Source: Azolla caroliniana | Taxonomy: Eukaryota; Plantae; Polypodiophyta | Length of the DNA stretch: 64,000 nt | Assembly (NCBI GenBank): GCA_043228905.1 | Contig: JBHGNT010000123.1 | Location: 9,731-73,730, forward strand | Direction of reading: 5' to 3' | Shown: piece by piece, positions 62,340 to 64,000 of the stretch | How the letters are laid out: every line of letters begins with the position of its first letter | Position numbering within the stretch: the first letter of the stretch is position 1 | Notes under the pieces: generated by a model | Databases searched by the model: none | The model's input: the letters and a program-made list of their open reading frames with translations, nothing else | Told to the model about the DNA's origin: nothing | Program-made: the position numbers and the translations under genes

Positions 62340-64000
62340 ATGGAGAATCAACAAGAGGCAATGAGCAAAACGATGATGATGATGTTCGAGCGGATGCTAC
62401 AAGAACAACGAGTGATGTCGGAGATCACGGGGGCAGTAAAGCGGCTCGTACAACGAAACGGACAATTCAACGGAAACGATGTGTCACGCTATCTACGTGA
62501 CTACAAGGCGGAGATGATACGATGTGGGATACCGGAAGGATTGCAAGTGACATCCTTCAATCGGGTGGCCACGGATGAGCTACAAGAGAGAATCCACAAG
62601 ATACGGCAACAAAACTCGACATGGGGGTCATTCGAAGAAGCTTTACGAGAGGCATATGATTACAAGAGATCAAAGGGACAAGATCGGCGAAAATTCGACG
62701 AATGGGTGGCATCGGAGAAGACCCACCGAAGTGCAACACAAGCATTCCTAGAGTTCGAGCATCGTCTTGCTCAACTCTCGGAGCGGGAACAACGATTGGT
62801 GGGGGAGGATAAAGTCCTAATGTTCGTAAAATCGATCGATCGAAAAGAAAGGATGGACATCGGGATCGAACTCGAAGACGATGACGGTACGAATGGTCTT
62901 ACCGAAAATTGGGCCGAAGTCCAAAGGGTATGCCGGAGACATGATGAGAGGAAGATGAGAATCTTGTCAACGACATGGCCGATGAAGGATGGTCGATTGA
63001 AGACAAACGATGGAGCCGATATGAAGGCCGAAATACAACATGATGGTGCGACGGAAGAGGGTGTAAAACAAGCTACCCTCTTGTCTTGCGAAAGAACAAC
63101 GATGAAGGATAAGGCCGATAACCCAAGTGTAGAAGAAGATTTCAGAATACAAGTGTCCGAAACATTGGGTGAAAAAGGGGTAAGCATAATTGATGCAGTG
63201 AAAGAGAGCAAGGAGGACTTGATTAAGGAGGTAGCCACAAAAGACGAAATCGAATCGGAGGTGGCTATGGACGAATCAATGGCGGATTGCCATATCGAGA
63301 CTTCCCCACCACTGATTCCAGAGACTCCGGCGGTTGCGATCGAAAGGCAACGTGAGACCGAAGAGACGGAAGGTGGCGGAGAGAAAACGAATGTCGAAGC
63401 CGACGAATACGATGAAGAGATAGCCGAGAAGAATGCTAAGGGTGAAACTACGAAAGAAGGTAATACCGAGGATTCATGCCAACAATATCTAGAGACTTCG
63501 GCGGTTGTGTCCGAGAACCAACGTGAGACCGGAGAGACGGGAGATGGCGGCGAGGAAGGTAAAGTCGGAAGTCAGTTCGGATGGAAAATGATCCATCCGA
63601 AATTCCAATCTAAAAGAAAGTGCGACAATGCGGAGGTCGGGTCTACGACGGGAGAAGCGCGTAATACAGAGCACGCTCTACGGCGAATAAAGAAACACGT
63701 GTTATGGCAAATAAAGAAGCACGCGCTACGGCGAGAAAAGAAGCATGCATTACAACCACACGAGGACCGAACAACGAGCACATATCGGAGGACCTACGTG
63801 GCGAACAACGGAAAGAAGTGCCGAAAGTCGAACCGGACAAGGCAGGTGAAAACGAAGAAAAGAAAGCAAATCCGAACGAAAAGAAAAGAAAAGAAACCGA
63901 CCCGAAAGAGCACTGAATCGGTAAAAACCGATCAACCGAGTCCGGATCGACCGAATACAAATCGGAAAGGAAGCCGAACTAAACGAAAGACGATCCAACG
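62340..64000 (+). CDS. Element G ORF (Gag N-terminus + repeat tail), apparently open to the window end
   Basis: ATG at 62340, then FNGNDVSRYLRDYKAEM, EDKVLMFVKSID and ETPAV/ETSAV repeats. I translated both ends in the same frame; its absence from the ORF track fits there being no stop inside the window. Confidence 0.8.
   Translation, partial: MENQQEAMSKTMMMMFERMLQEQRVMSEITGAVKRLVQRNGQFNGNDVSRYLRDYKAEMIRCGIPEGLQVTSFNRVATDELQERIHKIRQQNSTWGSFEEALREAYDYKRSKGQDRRKFDEWVASEKTHRSATQAFLEFEHRLAQLSEREQRLVGEDKVLMFVKSIDRKERMDIGIELEDDDGTNGLTENWAEVQRVCRRHDERKMRILSTTWPMKDGRLKTNDGADMKAEIQHDGATEEGVKQATLLSCERTTMKDKADNPSVEEDFRIQVSETLGEKGVSIIDAVKESKEDLIKEVATKDEIESEVAMDESMADCHIETSPPLIPETPAVAIERQRETEETEGGGEKTNVEADEYDEEIAEKNAKGETTKEGNTEDSCQQYLETSAVVSENQRETGETGDGGEEGKVGSQFGWKMIHPKFQSKRKCDNAEVGSTTGEARNTEHALRRIKKHVLWQIKKHALRREKKHALQPHEDRTTSTYRRTYVANNGKKCRKSNRTRQVKTKKRKQIRTKRKEKKPTRKSTESVKTDQPSPDRPNTNRKGSRTKRKTIQ

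Larger units (their letters stand above)
56593..64000 (+). mobile_element. Element F: divergent autonomous-type member of the tRNA-Trp gypsy family; runs off the window
   Basis: LTR 56593-57658, PBS 57667-57684, gag-PR ~57725-59924 (one stop), GGATTTT at 59915, frameshifted RT up to 61545 where G is inserted. Left flank ACGA. Confidence 0.93.
61546..64000 (+). mobile_element. Element G: Gag-only-type LTR element inserted in the pol of F; runs off the window
   Basis: LTR 61546-62301, PBS 62306-62323, left flank ACGT. Confidence 0.92.

Overview
Plant nuclear DNA with GT-AG introns, probably from a non-seed plant such as a fern (inference from gene and TE content). Host genes are the 3' exons of a mitochondrial PPR gene (At4g35850-like), an intact two-exon BAHD acyltransferase, and a second, pseudogenised copy of the PPR gene. 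About 33 kb (12343-45195) is a nest of LTR retrotransposons. A Ty1/copia element contains five members (A-E) of one Ty3/gypsy family, and two more members (F, G) lie at the right end. All seven have a tRNA-Trp primer site and sit at a 4-bp target with a central CpG. Three have gag-PR-pol with a -1 frameshift pseudoknot. Four are non-autonomous: they encode only the Gag N-terminus fused to a long tail whose DNA carries an arrayed, covarying stem-loop motif (18 copies counted). Three of the LTR types carry an antisense tRNA-like A/B-box cassette. The copia landed inside a decayed gene that carries both signature motifs of bacterial-type beta-class N4-cytosine/N6-adenine DNA methyltransferases. 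Coordinates were counted by hand and may be off by a few bases. Homology calls come from motif recognition, not database searches.
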